A stretch of DNA of 41,324 bases from a virus (Duplodnaviria; Heunggongvirae; Uroviricota; Caudoviricetes): positions 1-41,324 of IMG/VR virus record IMGVR_UViG_2671180439_000007; one strand, given 5' to 3'. The notes beneath the pieces were generated by a model, which saw only the letters and a program-made list of their open reading frames with translations, was not told where the DNA came from and did no database searches. Shown in pieces: positions 37,819 through 41,324 of the stretch. Within the stretch, counting starts at the first letter, position 1, and every line of letters begins with the position of its first letter. Both the position numbers and the translations under genes were made by a program.

Positions 37819-38171
37819 ATGTTTTCGAAATGGAAGGGTTTCTTCGTGGGAGATGTGTACCGCGAGATCTGAAAGTAAATGAAACAGATGCTGAATACCT
37901 GGTGCGTAAATTCGATGCGCTTGAAGCTAAATGTGCAGCACAGGAAAACAAAGTAATACCAGTGTCAACTGAACTGCCACCAGCAAATGAAAGTGTTTTG
38001 TTATTCGATGCTAACGGAGAAGGCTGGCTAATTGGTTGGCGTTCTCTCTGGTACACCTGGGGACAAAAAGAAACCGGAGAATGGCAGTGGACATTTCAGG
38101 TTGGGGACCTTGAAAACGTCAATATCACTCACTGGGCAGTAATGCCAAAAGCACCGGAGGCTGGAGCATAA
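37809..38171 (+). CDS. DUF551-like protein
   Basis: 120 aa; LFDANGEGWLIGW segment typical of DUF551. Confidence 0.5.
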   Translation: MRMNVFEMEGFLRGRCVPRDLKVNETDAEYLVRKFDALEAKCAAQENKVIPVSTELPPANESVLLFDANGEGWLIGWRSLWYTWGQKETGEWQWTFQVGDLENVNITHWAVMPKAPEAGA

Positions 38172-38476
38172 TGACCACTTTTACCGACAAAGAACTGATT
38201 AAAGAAATTAAAGAGCGTATCAGCAGCCTTGACGTGCGAGACGATATTGAGCGCCGTGCTTATGAAATCGCACTCCTATCTCTGGAAGTAGAACCAGATG
38301 AACGCGAAGCTTATGAATTATTCATGGAAAAGCGTTTCGGTGACTTAGTAGATCGTCGGAGAGCAAAAAACGGCGATAACGAATACATGGCATGGGATAT
38401 GACTCTCGGTTGGATCGTCTGGCAGCAACGAGCTGGTATCCATTTTTCAACAATGTCACAGCAAGAGGTGAAATAA
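38171..38476 (+). CDS. Hypothetical protein
   Basis: 101 aa; start overlaps previous stop. Confidence 0.4.
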   Translation: MTTFTDKELIKEIKERISSLDVRDDIERRAYEIALLSLEVEPDEREAYELFMEKRFGDLVDRRRAKNGDNEYMAWDMTLGWIVWQQRAGIHFSTMSQQEVK

Positions 38477-38826
38477 TGGAGCCATACAGCCTCACACTCG
38501 ATGAGGCCTGTCATTTTCTCAAGATATCCAGACCGACTGCCATTAACTGGATACGCACAGGGCGTCTTCAGGCAACACGCAAAGATCCCACTAAGAATAA
38601 ATCTCCTTACCTCACAACACGACAAGCCTGCATTGCGGCTCTTCAGTCTCCGCTGCATACTGTCCAGGTGAGCGCGGGTGATGGCATAACAGAGGAAAGA
38701 AAATGTCACTCTTCCGCAGAGGTGAAATATGGTACGCCAGTTTCACATTGCCGAACGGTAAAAGATTTAAACAGTCTCTTGGAACAAAGGACAAAAGGCA
38801 GGCGACAGAACTCCATGACAAGCTAA
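38476..38826 (+). CDS. xis: Excisionase
   Basis: 116 aa; [29 protein letters not shown]; overlaps integrase start as in P22-type modules. Confidence 0.65.
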   Translation: MEPYSLTLDEACHFLKISRPTAINWIRTGRLQATRKDPTKNKSPYLTTRQACIAALQSPLHTVQVSAGDGITEERKCHSSAEVKYGTPVSHCRTVKDLNSLLEQRTKGRRQNSMTS

Positions 38827-39866
38827 AGGCTGAAGCATGGCGGGTCAGCAAACTTGGTGAAATACCTGATATAACGTTCGAGGAAGCGTGTGTCAGGTGG
38901 CTTGAAGAGAAAGCACATAAAAAATCACTGGACGATGACAAAAGCCGGATCGGATTCTGGCTTCAACATTTCGCAGGAATGCAACTAAGAGACATTACTG
39001 AATCAAAAATTTATTCAGCAATGCAGAAAATGACGAACCGGCGTCATGAGGAAAACTGGAGACTCAGGGCAGAAGCATGCAGAAAAAAAGGGAAACCTGT
39101 TCCAGAATACACGCCAAAACCAGCGTCCGTTGCAACGAAGGCTACGCATCTTTCATTTATAAAGGCCCTACTAAGAGCCGCAGAGCGTGAATGGAAAATG
39201 CTGGATAAGGCACCAATTATTAAAGTGCCTCAACCAAAGAATAAACGGATCCGCTGGCTGGAGCCCCATGAAGCACAAAGGCTGATTGATGAATGTCCGG
39301 AGCCATTAAAGTCTGTTGTTGAATTTGCACTGGCAACAGGCTTAAGACGCTCGAACATCATCAACCTTGAATGGCAACAAATAGACATGCAGCGCCGGGT
39401 GGCATGGATAAACCCGGAAGAGAGTAAATCAAACCGCGCAATTGGCGTTGCGCTGAATGATACTGCATGTCGCGTTTTGAAAAAACAAATCGGGAATCAT
39501 CACCGTTGGGTATTTGTGTACAAGGAAAGCTGTACCAAACCAGACGGAACGAAAGCGCCAACAGTAAGGAAGATGCGGTATGACGCAAACACAGCCTGGA
39601 AAGCGGCGCTGAGACGGGCTGGTATTGATGATTTCAGATTTCACGACTTGAGACACACCTGGGCAAGTTGGCTGGTTCAAGCCGGAGTCCCGTTGTCAGT
39701 GTTACAGGAAATGGGAGGCTGGGAGTCTATCGAAATGGTTCGTCGATATGCTCACCTTGCACCTAATCACCTTACCGAACACGCACGGCAAATAGACTCG
39801 ATCCTGAACCCATCGGTCCCAAATTTGTCCCAGTCAAAAAATAAGGAAGGTACTAATGATGTGTAA
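38703..39866 (+). CDS. int: Tyrosine integrase, P22 Int family
   Basis: 387 aa; N-terminus [46 protein letters not shown] matches recalled P22 Int; C-terminal [10 protein letters not shown]...RYAHL catalytic region; ends 15 bp from tRNA 3' end. Confidence 0.9.
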   Translation: MSLFRRGEIWYASFTLPNGKRFKQSLGTKDKRQATELHDKLKAEAWRVSKLGEIPDITFEEACVRWLEEKAHKKSLDDDKSRIGFWLQHFAGMQLRDITESKIYSAMQKMTNRRHEENWRLRAEACRKKGKPVPEYTPKPASVATKATHLSFIKALLRAAEREWKMLDKAPIIKVPQPKNKRIRWLEPHEAQRLIDECPEPLKSVVEFALATGLRRSNIINLEWQQIDMQRRVAWINPEESKSNRAIGVALNDTACRVLKKQIGNHHRWVFVYKESCTKPDGTKAPTVRKMRYDANTAWKAALRRAGIDDFRFHDLRHTWASWLVQAGVPLSVLQEMGGWESIEMVRRYAHLAPNHLTEHARQIDSILNPSVPNLSQSKNKEGTNDV

Positions 39867-39880
39867 CTTATTGATTTTAA

Positions 39881-39956
39881 TGGTGCCGATAATAGGAGTC
39901 GAACCTACGACCTTCGCATTACGAATGCGCTGCTCTACCAACTGAGCTATATCGGC
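39881..39956 (-). tRNA. thrW: tRNA-Thr (CGU anticodon)
   Basis: Reverse complement reads GCCGATATAGCTCAGTTGGTAGAGCAGCGCATTCGTAATGCGAAGGTCGTAGGTTCGACTCCTATTATCGGCACCA; cloverleaf with CGT anticodon and CCA end. Confidence 0.9.
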
Positions 39957-40070
39957 CCTGAAAGGACATGTTCACGAACGTGAATCACGGTGGACAAGGT
40001 TAAAACTAACCGGGCGATGCGTCAATGGCCTTGTGAATCAAATGGCTACTTTTGCATCACCCGGTTTTAT

Positions 40071-41324
40071 TTACGCACGAATGGTGTAATCACCAATGCC
40101 GATCCACTTGTAAGTGGTCAGTGCTTCCAGCCCCATTGGGCCACGCGCGTGGAGTTTTTGTGTGCTTACCGCCACTTCCGCACCCAGACCAAACTGGCCG
40201 CCGTCGGTAAAACGCGTAGAGGCGTTAACGTAAACAGCGGACGAATCCACTTCGTTAACAAAACGCTGGGCGTTGCGCATATCGCGGGTCAGGATCGCAT
40301 CGGAGTGTTGTGTGCCGTGTTCACGAATATGGGCGATGGCATCGTCAAGATCGCTGACGATTTTGACGTTCAAATCTAATGACAGAAACTCATCGTCATA
40401 CTCTTCGGCTTTAACAGCAACCACCTTCGCAGGGCCTGCCTGCAACTGCGCCAGTGCAGCTGCATCTGCGTGTAATGTCACGCCGCTTTCCGCCATTTGT
40501 TTGCTTAATGCGGGCAGGAAGCTATCGGCGATGTTTTTATTCACCAGCAACGTTTCAACCGTATTACATGTGCTCGGACGCTGAGTTTTCGCGTTGACGA
40601 TCACTTTTAATGCTTCAGCGATCTCTACACTTTCATCAACGTAAATATGGCATACGCCTATACCACCTGTGATCACCGGGATTGTCGACTGTTCACGGCA
40701 CAGTTTATGCAAACCAGCGCCACCACGCGGGATCAGCATGTCGATGTATTTATCCATACGCAGCATTTCACTGACCAGCGCACGGTCAGGATTATCAATC
40801 GCCTGCACGGCACCCGCCGGTAAGCCGCAGGATTTCAGGGCGTCCTGAATCACCGCCACCGTTGCAGCGTTAGTGCGACACGTTTCTTTGCCACCGCGCA
40901 GGATCACCGCATTACCGGTTTTCAGGCACAGCGAAGCGACATCAACCGTCACGTTCGGGCGCGCTTCATAAATCACGCCAATAACCCCCAGCGGTACGCG
41001 ACGACGCTCAAGACGCAGGCCGCTGTCCAGTACGCCGCCATCGATTACCTGCCCCACCGGATCGGCGAGGTTGCACACCTGACGTACATCGTCGGCAATG
41101 CCTTTCAGCCGTGCGGGCGTCAGTGCCAGACGGTCAAGCATCGCTTCGCTAAGGCCATTGGCTCGCGCGTCAGCAACATCCTGGGCGTTAGCGTTGAGGA
41201 TGATTTCGCTTTGTGCTTCCAGTTCATCGGCGATTTTTTCCAGCACGCGATTTTTTTCGCGGCTGGAGAGTTGCGCTAATTTATACGAGGCTTGCTTCGC
41301 GGCAATGCCCATTTGTTCCAGCAT
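40071..41324 (-). CDS. proA: Gamma-glutamyl phosphate reductase
   Basis: 417 aa full-length match to enterobacterial ProA as recalled ([37 protein letters not shown]...). Confidence 0.95.

Larger units (their letters stand above)
1..39880. mobile_element. Lambdoid prophage (partial; left end outside window) integrated at thrW
   Basis: Continuous phage gene order from tail fiber to integrase; integrase and excisionase abut the 3' end of tRNA-Thr; host proA immediately beyond the tRNA. Confidence 0.85.

Noticed and set aside
38311-38941. Minus-strand ORFs 38311-38709 and 38612-38941
   Set aside because: Antisense to excisionase and integrase, which have strong family-level recognition
1-41324. 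Insertion sequences, transposases, Stx or other toxin morons, CRISPR-Cas
   Set aside because: No transposase-like ORF, terminal inverted repeats with target duplications, toxin homologues or cas genes were recognisable in any frame

Overview
This window is almost entirely one lambdoid prophage integrated at the tRNA-Thr gene thrW next to proA; its left end lies beyond position 1. The right edge is host DNA: proA (40071-41324, minus) and thrW (39881-39956, minus), followed inward by a P22-type integrase and excisionase. The prophage is a mosaic. It has a P22-like integration and immunity region (C2/cI-like repressor, cro, three 19-bp operators) and a lambdoid early region (CII-like, O-like replication gene with internal iterons, Dam-like methyltransferase, RusA, KilA-N, DUF968, 933W-type Q). 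Lysis genes are lambda-like (holin, R endolysin, Rz/Rz1), as is the packaging and head block (Nu1/A/W/B/C/Nu3/D/E order), followed by a Mu-like contractile tail (sheath, tube, frameshifted chaperone, tape measure, gp43-48 baseplate genes, glycine-rich fiber). An AT-rich acyltransferase-3 gene sits at the left prophage end. The most interesting feature is an AT-rich cassette between Q and the lysis genes: a DUF262 (ParB/GmrS-like) protein plus an HEPN-like Rx4H protein, convergent and 3'-overlapping with a C5-cytosine methyltransferase. I read it as a candidate defence or restriction-like module that I cannot assign to a named system. All calls rest on reading the six-frame translations and the DNA by eye; no database search was run, so family assignments are recollection-based and coordinates of short motifs are approximate.
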